Virus record (IMG/VR): IMGVR_UViG_3300040985_000575
Span: 1-31,340 of that record
Reading direction: 5' to 3' (one strand)
Length of the DNA stretch: 31,340 nt
Origin: a virus
Lineage: Duplodnaviria; Caudoviricetes
Of this stretch, positions 16,063 through 25,128 are shown piece after piece. Numbering within the stretch: position 1 is the stretch's first letter; every line of letters starts with the position of its first letter. Position numbers and translations under genes: made by a program. Under the pieces are notes generated by a model. The model was not told where the DNA came from and did no database searches. It worked only from the letters and a program-made list of their open reading frames with translations.

Positions 16063-17100
16063 TTAAAAGATGTGCGTCAGTCTTGCGATTTGTCCGTGTT
16101 GCTTATGAAAGACGAAGCCTTCAATTGCCTTCGGTGCGTGTTGATAACCTTTTATGTGATGCCATGAATCCGATGACGACGGTGAACGCAATGATTCAAT
16201 GCACACGCCCTGAATGTCTTTGCTTTGTTTGTGATGTATGTGGTGCGTGAAAATATATCGGTGCTTTGTATCTGACCAGTCTTTTGATTCGTGTGCCATG
16301 AGCAAAGGAAGGTCTTGAAACTTTGCGCCGTCGCCGTGCGTAAATCCTAAAAGGGACGAATAGTAGCGTTTATATTTGCGGTGACTGATGTCACAATGAA
16401 ATTCAATGTTTCCTGAATGCCTGAAGTGTGCCTTCAATATCGATGCGGTGAAGAAGCCTGAAATATAGTCATGATTTGAAGGGTTGAATATCACACAAAC
16501 GTCGGCAACCGTCACAAGCATTTCGATAATATCAACATATAACTTTTTTGCGTTCATGAAATTATCATACCACATTCCATCCGTGTCTTGTCTTGTGCCT
16601 TTGGTTGTGTGTCCCGGTGTGTCGGTGTGCAAGACATCGTTTCCGCAAATGAAAAATATTTTGTCAATATTCCAACCGTGCGACTTGTCAAGAATACCGT
16701 TCACGCCTTCATGCACACGTTGAACTGCAATTTGTTGGTTGTATTCTTCGCCAGTTTCAAAGGCACGTGATAGTTTACCGATGTGAATGTCAGCCGGGTC
16801 AATTACAAGCAAGTGACCGTCTTTGATTTTATTGCGTTTTATTGTCTTGTACTTTGGTGAATAGGCTTTTAATTCTTCAAGAAGTTTGTCACGTATTATA
16901 TCCGCTTTTTGTGTTTCGGCACTTTCAAAGTTTGGGTTTTTTATGAAAAGGCTTGTTTCTTTTGACTTAAACCAACCGTGTTTAACTGTTTTCGGGTCTA
17001 TTCCTTGCGCACTGCATTCATCGTTGAACCGCCTGAAGTCGTCAATTAGTTCGCTTTCTTCTTCATTTACCCATTTTCTTAAAGGTCTTTTTCTATTCAT
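16063..17100 (-). CDS. Calcineurin-like metallophosphoesterase
   Basis: DIHIG, GND, SNHD, THGD and HHIHH motifs. Start reassigned to ATG 17100 (ATGA overlap). Confidence 0.85.
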   Translation of the reverse strand: MNRKRPLRKWVNEEESELIDDFRRFNDECSAQGIDPKTVKHGWFKSKETSLFIKNPNFESAETQKADIIRDKLLEELKAYSPKYKTIKRNKIKDGHLLVIDPADIHIGKLSRAFETGEEYNQQIAVQRVHEGVNGILDKSHGWNIDKIFFICGNDVLHTDTPGHTTKGTRQDTDGMWYDNFMNAKKLYVDIIEMLVTVADVCVIFNPSNHDYISGFFTASILKAHFRHSGNIEFHCDISHRKYKRYYSSLLGFTHGDGAKFQDLPLLMAHESKDWSDTKHRYIFTHHIHHKQSKDIQGVCIESLRSPSSSDSWHHIKGYQHAPKAIEGFVFHKQHGQIARLTHIF

Positions 17101-17579
17101 TTCTTTCTGTTTGTTGCGAACAGATACACAACAAAAGAAACGATTAAAAGAATAACCAACCACCACGACCATGAAGAACGGTTCTTAATTCGTTCGCGCT
17201 TTGTGTCGTTGCGTTCTTGTGTGACGGTTGTGCGCTTGTCAAGACGTGCCTGAAGGCGTAAAAGTTTCACACTGTCCCGGCGAATTCGTTCTTGAAGCCT
17301 TCGTTCTTTTCGCTTGTCGCGTGTTGTGATAAAACGAACTTCACCTTCTTCAGTTATTATTTTGGTCACTGTATTTGTTATGAATACAGTGTCATTTCTT
17401 TGTTCAATTGTTGTCAGTGTATCGGTCAAATATAATGTGTCCGTGTTACTGGTAAATGTCGCGCCCTTTTTTAATGCTTTCTCACGGTGTTTTTCTGCCT
17501 TGTTTATATGATACTGTGCCTTGCACGAATAAAGTGCAACAGACACGCTTAAAATGGCAAATAAGACAATCCTTTTCAT
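17097..17579 (-). CDS. Lipoprotein with C-terminal TM (unimolecular spanin-like)
   Basis: Lipobox LYSC at residues 16-19, C-terminal hydrophobic helix, adjacent to the endolysin. Confidence 0.7.
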   Translation of the reverse strand: MKRIVLFAILSVSVALYSCKAQYHINKAEKHREKALKKGATFTSNTDTLYLTDTLTTIEQRNDTVFITNTVTKIITEEGEVRFITTRDKRKERRLQERIRRDSVKLLRLQARLDKRTTVTQERNDTKRERIKNRSSWSWWLVILLIVSFVVYLFATNRKK

Positions 17580-18256
17580 TCTTCCAAGTCTTCAAATGTA
17601 TCAATTGTTTCAAATATGGTTTTCACAACCCGTTCTTTGAAGTCTTCTGAAAGTATTTCTTCACTTTCAAATCTGTTTGTATGAAAGCCCAATTCTAAAA
17701 GTATCGCGGGCGGGTCACATCGTAATATTGCGAAGTTCCTTTTTTTGATTCCTCTCCACTTAAAATCAGGAAAATTCAAAAGAACACTTGTTTCAATTAT
17801 TTCATTAAAGTCATGCGTTATTCGTGAAGCATGAACCGATTGAAATGAACCGATTCCGTTGGCTGAATTAAATTCATGCCCGTTGCCGTAAGCATCCGAA
17901 TGAATGCTTATCACAATGCACGGCGTTTGCCTTGCGAGTTCATTAATATTGCGTACACGTTCAGACAGTGAAATGTCGCGCCATGTATCGACAAGGTTCA
18001 CACATTTGATTCCTTTGGCTTGAAGTACTGTGATTATTCTTTTAACATTGTCGCGATTGTTTACGCCTTCATATAATACAAAAGGCGAACCGTCAGCAAA
18101 GAACTTATTGTCAAACTTCGGTGAACGCTTTCCGCTTGTCACATACTGGTCAGTCGTCGGATTGATACCGCCGTGACCATTGTCAAAAATATACGTGTAC
18201 TTTGACGAATATTCAACCGCCTTGTGAATGTGTCGTGAAGCATTTTCTAAACTCAT
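17576..18256 (-). CDS. Endolysin, N-acetylmuramoyl-L-alanine amidase (Amidase_3)
   Basis: DNGHGG, zinc-ligand E, SIHSDA and LLELGF motifs. Start reassigned to ATG 18256. Confidence 0.92.
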   Translation of the reverse strand: MSLENASRHIHKAVEYSSKYTYIFDNGHGGINPTTDQYVTSGKRSPKFDNKFFADGSPFVLYEGVNNRDNVKRIITVLQAKGIKCVNLVDTWRDISLSERVRNINELARQTPCIVISIHSDAYGNGHEFNSANGIGSFQSVHASRITHDFNEIIETSVLLNFPDFKWRGIKKRNFAILRCDPPAILLELGFHTNRFESEEILSEDFKERVVKTIFETIDTFEDLEE

Positions 18257-18268
18257 AATTCTAAAGAT

Positions 18269-18311
18269 AAAAAAAAACGGATTCAAGAAGAACTTCTTCA
18301 AGAACCCGTTT
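18269..18311 (-). terminator. Intrinsic terminator between holin-like genes and endolysin
   Basis: Minus strand AAACGGGTTC...GAATCCGTTT followed by a T run. Confidence 0.65.
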
Positions 18312-18358
18312 CAAACATGAAACAACATAAAAACATTATGAACCACAAAACTAATATT

Positions 18359-18556
18359 TTATTCTGAAAAGAAGTTTGTCGCAAATTTTCCTATTGCGCC
18401 GATCATTAAAGTCGTAATTGCCAAACACTTCATGTCTTCACTTATCGCGTATGTGCTTATCAAAGTTGAAGAAGCAAGAAGTGCGTCGCCTAACTTGCGA
18501 AACATTTTCGGCGTTGGTTTAAAATATCCGCTTATATTGAAATTTGATTTTTTCAT
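18359..18556 (-). CDS. Holin-like small membrane protein
   Basis: PTPKMFRKLGD then two hydrophobic segments; upstream of the endolysin. Confidence 0.6.
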   Translation of the reverse strand: MKKSNFNISGYFKPTPKMFRKLGDALLASSTLISTYAISEDMKCLAITTLMIGAIGKFATNFFSE

Positions 18557-18560
18557 AGTT

Positions 18561-18836
18561 TTATTTTTTAGTACGTTTAAATATTTTTTGTTTTGGTGCT
18601 TCCTTTTTTACCTTTTTATAGTCGTCTTCAAGCACCTTCTTTTTTAGTTTAACATCAAGACGGGCGTTTGATATTTTATAAAACAGATAAACAACACCGC
18701 CGATTGTTAAAATGCCCTGAATGTACTGGTTGAATGAATAAGTTGAAACAAGTTCAACCGCACACATTCCGAAGCCTGACAATGCACTTAATAAACCACC
18801 AACTTCAGCAACATCATTTTGTGCAATATCCATCAA
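18561..18836 (-). CDS. Small membrane protein (holin/antiholin-like)
   Basis: Hydrophobic segments and a highly basic C-terminus. Confidence 0.55.
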   Translation of the reverse strand: MMDIAQNDVAEVGGLLSALSGFGMCAVELVSTYSFNQYIQGILTIGGVVYLFYKISNARLDVKLKKKVLEDDYKKVKKEAPKQKIFKRTKK

Positions 18837-19294
18837 TTCCCGAAATTATAAGATTCGTAAGGAATAGCACACCAGTCTTCAGAACTAAACACGGTTAGTG
18901 TCAAGTCCATTGACCAACCCGCAACCATGTCAGCACCACGATTAATGAAAGGCGTTGTTGCAATGTCGCCTTCAATCGAAAGGTATTCTTCAAATTTGTT
19001 TTGACGCATTGTGATACGTATGTCATTGCATATTTGAAGGCAATCTGAATGCACTTCGTCAATTGTGCGATAGTCGTCAACGTTATATTTGTCACCGATC
19101 ACAATTGAAAGACTGACCGTCACGAAATTGTCACCCATTGAACCGGGTTGTATTGTCGCGGTCATGATTGTATAGTCAACCGCGTCTTGATTAATAGCGT
19201 CAACGAAATCACCGAAGAAGAAACTATTTATTTGACGGTGTTGTGTCGCGATTTCTTGAAGGTCTTTCTTTATTTGGTTTAATGTCCTTTCCAT
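18833..19294 (-). CDS. Tail terminator-like structural protein
   Basis: 153 aa, acidic; alpha/beta pattern and position downstream of the adaptor. Confidence 0.6.
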   Translation of the reverse strand: MERTLNQIKKDLQEIATQHRQINSFFFGDFVDAINQDAVDYTIMTATIQPGSMGDNFVTVSLSIVIGDKYNVDDYRTIDEVHSDCLQICNDIRITMRQNKFEEYLSIEGDIATTPFINRGADMVAGWSMDLTLTVFSSEDWCAIPYESYNFGN

Positions 19295-19340
19295 TCAAAA
19301 AGTTTTCTAATTTCTTAATGCTTTTTTTAGTTATTTTCAT
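19224..19340 (-). CDS. Possible 38-aa basic mini-protein
   Basis: MKITKKSIKKLENFLNGKDIKPNKERPSRNRDTTPSNK*; starts 2 nt after the adaptor stop and overlaps the next gene. Confidence 0.4.
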   Translation of the reverse strand: MKITKKSIKKLENFLNGKDIKPNKERPSRNRDTTPSNK

Positions 19341-19342
19341 CT

Positions 19343-19855
19343 TTATACAATCCAAGAAGCCCGGTAACCCGTTTTAATTTTCTTCATGTCGTGGTTCGTG
19401 CGTGTTGTCGCCTCTTTATATTCAGTGTAAATCACACCACAGTCGTCACGCAAGAAACCAATAAGCCGTTCAAGATAGAATTGTGCATCCTTTCGCAGTT
19501 CATCACGAAAGTAAATTGTTTCACTGTCCGTGTTTGCCGTCATGTTTTCATCTGACGTTCTGCCCGTTGCTTTGTTGCGTATCTTTTCATGATTATACAG
19601 TGATACCTTATAATCAACATTCGACACAAGTGCCGGAATGATATAGTCATTCATCAATGTTCTATAATCTGCATTCCAGTCAGTATTTTGAACACGCAAC
19701 AATAACGCACGAAACAATATTGACCCGGTTGCCTCTTGAATCACCATATCTTGAACCCGTTTAATACACACTTTCAGTGTCTTCGTGTCCGTGTTCTGAT
19801 GAATCAAGCCTTTCTTCTTCAAGTCTTCAACCGCTATTAAATAATTCGTTGCCAT
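19343..19855 (-). CDS. Head-tail adaptor protein
   Basis: 170-aa helical protein directly after the portal. Confidence 0.65.
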   Translation of the reverse strand: MATNYLIAVEDLKKKGLIHQNTDTKTLKVCIKRVQDMVIQEATGSILFRALLLRVQNTDWNADYRTLMNDYIIPALVSNVDYKVSLYNHEKIRNKATGRTSDENMTANTDSETIYFRDELRKDAQFYLERLIGFLRDDCGVIYTEYKEATTRTNHDMKKIKTGYRASWIV

Positions 19856-19857
19856 GT

Positions 19858-19877
19858 CTATTGTTGTTTATTGTTTA
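19858..19877 (-). promoter_or_regulatory. Putative late promoter TAAAC-AATAAACA-ACAATAG
   Basis: Motif copy ending 2 nt before ATG 19855. Confidence 0.75.
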
Positions 19878-21643
19878 ATGACTAAATGTTGCACCCATTC
19901 ATGACGACACCACGGTGTAGTTATTTCTGTCTTTGGATTGTGATAGTACCCGCCACGATACCGCCACACGTCGCGTTTAATGTTGTTTGAAATCGTATCA
20001 AGTTCGAACCTTGTATACATTCTATTTGCGTCAATTAGCGTTTCACAAAAAGGTCGTGTTGTGTCAATCTTTGGTGCGCCAAGTCCTGACTTCACTTCAT
20101 ACGAATAGCGCACTTCCATGTCTGCAATGTCAATATCAAGACCTTTCAAAACATTGTTACCAAGTGAAGAAGTCGAACCGTCAACAATTAGGTTCATGTT
20201 CTTTAGTTTATCGTATGACTTCGCCACTTCATTCAATGGTTCGTCGAGTGCCTTTGAAATCGCCTTACCGTCGTCGCCTTTTTTAAGTAGGTGAAGAACT
20301 TTCTTGTCAAGGTCGTTCAGGTTCGCACGAATGTCGCCTATCTTATCAAAGAAAATTGTGAAATTGTCGTTTTCCATTTGTTCAACGTCCGCACTTTTGA
20401 AATCGTTGCGTACACTGATTGACTTTACAATCTGAAAAGCATCTTTTGAAGTACCGTATTTCATAAATATCGCAAGGTCTTTCTTTGCGCTTCTGAATGT
20501 TTCGGTCATTGTGTCCGTTGTGGCTTCTTCTTCTTTCTTTTTTAAAGCGTCAACTTCTTCAAGTTCAACAACCGCTTCAACGCCTGACAGTTCTGTCATG
20601 ATTTCAAGAACATAATTCAAAGCGTTTTGTTTTGCGCTGACGTATGTGTTCTTAAACACCTCAAAAAGTTCAGCACTTTCCGCACTATTGAATGAACCTT
20701 CTTTTATAATACCAAACAAGGCGGGTGCGGTGATTGAATGCGCAACAAGTATGTTTTGTTGAACGCTTTTTTCTGTCATTGCATAACGGTCAGCAAGGTC
20801 GTTCCCGTTTAATGATAATACGGACGGCGCATTTTCTTGACCGTCACTAAATGTGATAACCACTTGATTCGTGTCTTCAATATTTGATGTGCTTCCTTTT
20901 ATTTCGTCGCGTACCTTTCGCGCTTCTTCGTCGGTTTCCGGAATTCCCGAATTCATGGAAATTATTGTGCCACCTTTGAAAGAGTTTTGTATTTCGTAAT
21001 AATGCCACTGACTTATTAACACGTCGGTGTTTATAGCGGTTAAACCGCCAACATAAGAAGGCTTTGAATATACACCCTTTTCGCCTTTGCCTTGCTTTGA
21101 CGGTGCTTTGTAATAAATCAAGAACTTGCCTGACTTATTCTGTGCATCAAAAGGCGGTATTGTGCGAAAGTTTGTCAGTTCTTCGGTCTGTTTTCTTGCA
21201 CTCCAGTCGTCAGATAAATAATATAATGATTCATCTTCATTTGTGCGGACAAGGTCAACGTCAAAGTACTCCCATTTAATGACACGCGAACCTTCACGAT
21301 TCCAAGTACCGATAACACAAAAGGAATCAAACAACTCACCATCAAAGGCGCACCGCTTCATGATTTCATCAATGGTGAAGTCAGTCCACTTGTTTTCAAT
21401 GAAGTCGTCAGCGTTTCCGCTTACCGTTTTAACGCCATTCCCGGCGATATAGTATGACTTTGTTTTAACAAGTCCTTGATGCCATGCAGAACCGTTGTAT
21501 AAATCGAGCAAATAAAAAGGATACTGATTATCGACACCCCACCGAATGAAACCGAGTTTCTTGTCAAGCGTTTCGTTTGCCGTTGGCAACTTCTTTGAAG
21601 CACTGAAAGTAGTGGCATGAACTTTGTTTTTTTTATCGGTCAT
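19868..21643 (-). CDS. Portal protein with C-terminal extension
   Basis: WGVDNQYP...SAWH and ILVAHSITAPALFGI portal motifs; extra wHTH-like and RPFC...WCRHEW domains. Confidence 0.85.
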   Translation of the reverse strand: MTDKKNKVHATTFSASKKLPTANETLDKKLGFIRWGVDNQYPFYLLDLYNGSAWHQGLVKTKSYYIAGNGVKTVSGNADDFIENKWTDFTIDEIMKRCAFDGELFDSFCVIGTWNREGSRVIKWEYFDVDLVRTNEDESLYYLSDDWSARKQTEELTNFRTIPPFDAQNKSGKFLIYYKAPSKQGKGEKGVYSKPSYVGGLTAINTDVLISQWHYYEIQNSFKGGTIISMNSGIPETDEEARKVRDEIKGSTSNIEDTNQVVITFSDGQENAPSVLSLNGNDLADRYAMTEKSVQQNILVAHSITAPALFGIIKEGSFNSAESAELFEVFKNTYVSAKQNALNYVLEIMTELSGVEAVVELEEVDALKKKEEEATTDTMTETFRSAKKDLAIFMKYGTSKDAFQIVKSISVRNDFKSADVEQMENDNFTIFFDKIGDIRANLNDLDKKVLHLLKKGDDGKAISKALDEPLNEVAKSYDKLKNMNLIVDGSTSSLGNNVLKGLDIDIADMEVRYSYEVKSGLGAPKIDTTRPFCETLIDANRMYTRFELDTISNNIKRDVWRYRGGYYHNPKTEITTPWCRHEWVQHLVIKQ

Positions 21644-22023
21644 TCTTGATATATTTTATCGCTTTGCGTTGTGTCGGTATATTCATCACTTGCACCGTCT
21701 ATTGTATAAACGTGTATACGCCCTTTTTCAACGTTGTTTAAGCCTGAAGGGTTTAGGTTGCCACTTCCTGACGCTTGTTCAAATACATTATATGTATAAT
21801 AGCCGTCTGTTGTGAAGGTCACGTCAACGGTGTCTTCAATAGTGAATTCATTGAACCGTGTTGTTTGCGTTGAAGTGTCCGCAAGTATGCAGTATTGCGT
21901 GTCGTTGTCGTCGTCGCTTTGTTCGTTGATTATTTCAAACAGATACTCCACTGGTGTCAGTGTTGTCAGTTCCTTCAACGTCATGACGAAGGTCGTCGTG
22001 TTGTTTCTTTGCAGTTTTATCAT
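21640..22023 (-). CDS. Conserved structural protein upstream of the portal
   Basis: Start reassigned to ATG 22023 (MIKLQRNN); beta-rich with GYYTYNVFEQ...VEKG. Confidence 0.65.
   Translation of the reverse strand: MIKLQRNNTTTFVMTLKELTTLTPVEYLFEIINEQSDDDNDTQYCILADTSTQTTRFNEFTIEDTVDVTFTTDGYYTYNVFEQASGSGNLNPSGLNNVEKGRIHVYTIDGASDEYTDTTQSDKIYQE
21699..21718 (-). promoter_or_regulatory. Putative late promoter TATAC-ACGTTTAT-ACAATAG
   Basis: Motif copy inside the upstream gene, 55 nt before the portal ATG. Confidence 0.7.
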
Positions 22024-22180
22024 TCTTTTGAAGTTTCGGTTTGCGCTTTTTGACGAATATATCAAGACCTAATTTTGAATATTTTTCTTCTTGACCTTCT
22101 TCAATCTTAATGTGTTGATTAAGTGTCGCACAATAAACACGCGCACCTATTAAACCTTTTTTAATTTCTTGCTTTGCCAT
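21935..22180 (-). CDS. Hypothetical small protein
   Basis: ATG just after a terminator; the 3' part overlaps the next gene. Confidence 0.6.
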   Translation of the reverse strand: MAKQEIKKGLIGARVYCATLNQHIKIEEGQEEKYSKLGLDIFVKKRKPKLQKNDKTAKKQHDDLRHDVEGTDNTDTSGVSV

Positions 22181-22194
22181 AATATAAATTTAAC

Positions 22195-22225
22195 AAAAAA
22201 AGGCGGTGATAAATTCACCACCTTT
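22195..22225 (-). terminator. Intrinsic terminator after the tail tube gene
   Basis: Minus strand GGTGGTGA-ATTTA-TCACCGCC followed by a run of 7 T. Confidence 0.85.
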
Positions 22226-22244
22226 CAATAAATCAATTCAATGA

Positions 22245-22775
22245 TTAAACCGCGTAAGAACTTTGTGCAATTAAAGTACCCGCAAGTGTTGCATCAACGT
22301 CAGGAACTTCGTTATTTTCTTGCGACATTAACGAAATTAAATGACCGTTTCTGTCACTTTTCGCAACGCCTGAAGAATACTCATTCCCGTCAGAAACTTT
22401 CATGCCTTCTTCATAACCAAGCATTACATATTTTCCGTCAGCCTTTTCAACCATTGCAACAAGTTCATTTTGTGCAAGTAAGTGAATCGCTGAACGCAGT
22501 TCTTTATTGTCCGAATTCAAAACCATTTGAAGATTCTGTTCGTACCAAAGTGTTCCGTTTTCTTCGTTCCTTTGTATCGGTGCAGTATAAGATGAAAGAT
22601 TGCTTTTCAATTTATAATGAAAAGTTTCACCGGTCACCGTAATTGCAGTTATTTCGTTTGCCACTATTGTTGCACTTGAATAAGCATCAAGCGGAAATAA
22701 TAGCACAGATTTGATTCCACCTTTTCCATTGGTACACGTTCTGTCGTTATACCCTGAAGTCATTTCACAAGCCAT
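22245..22775 (-). CDS. Major tail (tube) protein
   Basis: MAC..TSG....C....GGIK N-terminus and ENGTLWYEQ; follows the capsid gene. Confidence 0.75.
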   Translation of the reverse strand: MACEMTSGYNDRTCTNGKGGIKSVLLFPLDAYSSATIVANEITAITVTGETFHYKLKSNLSSYTAPIQRNEENGTLWYEQNLQMVLNSDNKELRSAIHLLAQNELVAMVEKADGKYVMLGYEEGMKVSDGNEYSSGVAKSDRNGHLISLMSQENNEVPDVDATLAGTLIAQSSYAV

Positions 22776-22800
22776 AATTCTCTATATTTTTTTTTTAATT

Positions 22801-22825
22801 AAGGGTTGACAATGCGCCAACCCTT
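22801..22825 (-). terminator. Hairpin between capsid and tail tube genes (partial terminator or RNA stabiliser)
   Basis: AAGGGTTG...CAACCCTT inverted repeat with a weak U tract. Confidence 0.55.
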
Positions 22826-22842
22826 TTGAAATTTTACTTCAA

Positions 22843-23814
22843 TTATGAAGGTGAATCCGTTCCGTTCCAAACGCCAATTTGGTCTAAAAATGGAACTTGT
22901 ACACCCGCTCTGAATTTACTTCGTAGGTAAATCACATCATCATCTTGTGAATACCACAAGTCAAACGCATCAAGGTCACTTGATAAGTCCGTTCCGAAGA
23001 AGAAGTGTGAAGCACGTCCAGTGTATATGTTGTCAATGGTGTTTAAGCCAACAACTTTGCGCACTATCATGTTAGTTCCCGGTACAATTACCGTGTCCAT
23101 GTCCGCGATTTGTTGCGGTGAGTAGTGAAAGAAGTTTTTATCAACCAAGTCTTTCATAAGGAAGTTGAAGTTTTCACGTCCAGTGAAACAAACAAGGTCA
23201 GCACTTTCCGCAACACCTTCAGGTGTATTTGAAAAGCATTCATAAAATACGTCATACGCATTTGAAGATGAAATTGTCGCAGTGCTTGAAGTATTCAAGT
23301 CAATGCAACCACCCGCAACCGTGCAAAATTGACGGAAGCCATTCATCAAGGCAAGGTTTCCTGAACCCGTCGCCTTGTTACCTCTCCAAATTAGTTTATC
23401 CAATTCGTTGGAATGTAGTTCTAATAGATAGTTGACAATCGCTTCTTCAAATGGAAGGTTCTTGTCTTCTTCGGAAGCACCCGCAACAAGTGCAAGTTGC
23501 GTCCAAAAACCGTCAAGGTCTTTTTGACAGAACGATTTCATATATCCAAGCGTTTCAACTGCAAGTGCACGGTCAGTGAATACAGTATCACCGGAAGCGG
23601 TCATAGTACAGTCACCGGCTTGATAGGTTAATGTGTCGTCCATCAATTTAAGTTCTTGCGAACCTTTGACACCTTCTTGAATTCTTATGTGTTCAAGTGT
23701 CTTTCCTTTTGTTACTTGCTTTACAAGTATTTCGTCGCTTTGTTCATCAACATAAGCACCAAGCCCGGAAACGTCCCAAGCAAATTTTTCTGCAATGTAT
23801 TTTTTAATTGACAT
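22843..23814 (-). CDS. Major capsid protein
   Basis: 323 aa after protease and scaffold; HK97-like features (ELDKLIWRG, FFFGTDL, FRAGVQ). Confidence 0.88.
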   Translation of the reverse strand: MSIKKYIAEKFAWDVSGLGAYVDEQSDEILVKQVTKGKTLEHIRIQEGVKGSQELKLMDDTLTYQAGDCTMTASGDTVFTDRALAVETLGYMKSFCQKDLDGFWTQLALVAGASEEDKNLPFEEAIVNYLLELHSNELDKLIWRGNKATGSGNLALMNGFRQFCTVAGGCIDLNTSSTATISSSNAYDVFYECFSNTPEGVAESADLVCFTGRENFNFLMKDLVDKNFFHYSPQQIADMDTVIVPGTNMIVRKVVGLNTIDNIYTGRASHFFFGTDLSSDLDAFDLWYSQDDDVIYLRSKFRAGVQVPFLDQIGVWNGTDSPS

Positions 23815-23822
23815 TTGTTTTC

Positions 23823-24458
23823 TTATTTATTTTTATTTAAACCCGCAAGAATTTGTCTTTGAAGTGCGTTCATATCGTTCGCATTTCTTGAAAACTTCTT
23901 CTTGATTTCTTTCTTGTCTGAAGGCGTATCTTTTAACGCTTCAAATTTTTGTTCAATTTCTGTGAATTTAGATTCAAGTTCTTTGTTGCGTTGAATCAAT
24001 TTCGCAATACCTTCAGAAAGAGCGTTCAATGGTGCGTCTAATTGTGACAACTTGTCGTCAATTTTAGCGTCAACATTTTCACTTGACATTTCTTCGGCTT
24101 CAACTTCTTCGCCTTCCGCTTCCGCTTCTGCGCTTACAACTTCAACAACAATGCCGTCAGCATCCAGTGTGATCGTTGTGCCTTCCATGTCACCACCCAA
24201 TTCGTAAGAGCCTTCAGGTGCGGGAACTTGTTCACCTTCTTCAGTAGTGATGAACATTGCAACACCTTCGGCAATTTCACCTTCATAAGAAAGAACTGTT
24301 TCCCCGTCAGCCGTCGTAACTTCCGCGAATGTAGTAGTAACTTCTTCAGCACTAACTTCTTCAACTTTCGCTTCAGCGTTGTCAGTGTCGTCATTAAAGT
24401 ACGCCTTCACCGTGTCGGCAAGGTCAGCGAACTTTGAAATAATAGTGTTACTTTTCAT
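23823..24458 (-). CDS. Scaffolding protein
   Basis: Very acidic, C-terminal coiled coil, between protease and capsid genes. Confidence 0.75.
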   Translation of the reverse strand: MKSNTIISKFADLADTVKAYFNDDTDNAEAKVEEVSAEEVTTTFAEVTTADGETVLSYEGEIAEGVAMFITTEEGEQVPAPEGSYELGGDMEGTTITLDADGIVVEVVSAEAEAEGEEVEAEEMSSENVDAKIDDKLSQLDAPLNALSEGIAKLIQRNKELESKFTEIEQKFEALKDTPSDKKEIKKKFSRNANDMNALQRQILAGLNKNK

Positions 24459-24504
24459 AAAAAAAATAATTAAAATATTTGTTCAATTAATAGTGTGTTT
24501 GTGT

Positions 24505-25092
24505 TTATTTTTTAAGAAGTGAATTCAGTTCTTCAATTGCTTTTAATATTTGACTTTCTTTCCTGAAGCCAAATTCATCCATGACAAAAGTGCCTTCCAC
24601 AGAAAATCCTTTGACCTCACCTTTTTTTACACGCTTGTACATTTCTTCATTCTCAAATTTGTATGACGTTATCCATGAACCGTCTGAAGCATCTTTGAAT
24701 CGTTCAGGTGCGGTGAAGCCTTTGTCATTGTCAATTTGGTATGAACCTATCATATAAACGCCTTCAATGTTTTCATTGTTGTGTTCAAAGTTCACATTGT
24801 TGAAGCGTCCGTTTCTTGCGTAATCGTGAATGATGTCACTGATTGCATCCTTTTTAAAGACAACATAATATTCTTCAGTTCCGTCATTTCTGTATATTGG
24901 TGTGTCGGCACTTATTGCGATACCCGTGACAATTTTCTTTTCATCGTTGAATTGAAATCTTTGTTGTTTATTAAAAGAATGAAACGTGATTTCATGCGCC
25001 GGGTCATGCACCAAAGAATTAAAGTCGATTCCGGTATTTTCGTCGTCAAGGTCTATTCTTATTTCGTAAATTGGCAAGTCTTTATTTATCAT
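24505..25092 (-). CDS. Prohead protease (XkdF-like)
   Basis: PIYR, NFEH, GSW and KGFSVEG motifs. Confidence 0.88.
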   Translation of the reverse strand: MINKDLPIYEIRIDLDDENTGIDFNSLVHDPAHEITFHSFNKQQRFQFNDEKKIVTGIAISADTPIYRNDGTEEYYVVFKKDAISDIIHDYARNGRFNNVNFEHNNENIEGVYMIGSYQIDNDKGFTAPERFKDASDGSWITSYKFENEEMYKRVKKGEVKGFSVEGTFVMDEFGFRKESQILKAIEELNSLLKK

Positions 25093-25108
25093 TTTATTAT
25101 TTTTACAT

Positions 25109-25128
25109 CTATTGTGTAAACTTGAATA
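25109..25128 (-). promoter_or_regulatory. Putative late promoter TATTC-AAGTTTAC-ACAATAG
   Basis: Motif copy 16 nt before the protease ATG, overlapping a plus-strand TAAACTTG box. Confidence 0.75.

Noticed and set aside
22664-22682. Near-match to the late motif (TATTC-N7-ACAATAG) inside the tail tube gene
   Set aside because: The spacer is 7 rather than 8 nt and no gene start lies close downstream.
18901-24394. Alternative-frame minus-strand ORFs 18901..19095, 21421..21618 and 24134..24394
   Set aside because: Fully nested in structural genes, with no start context or motif to support them.
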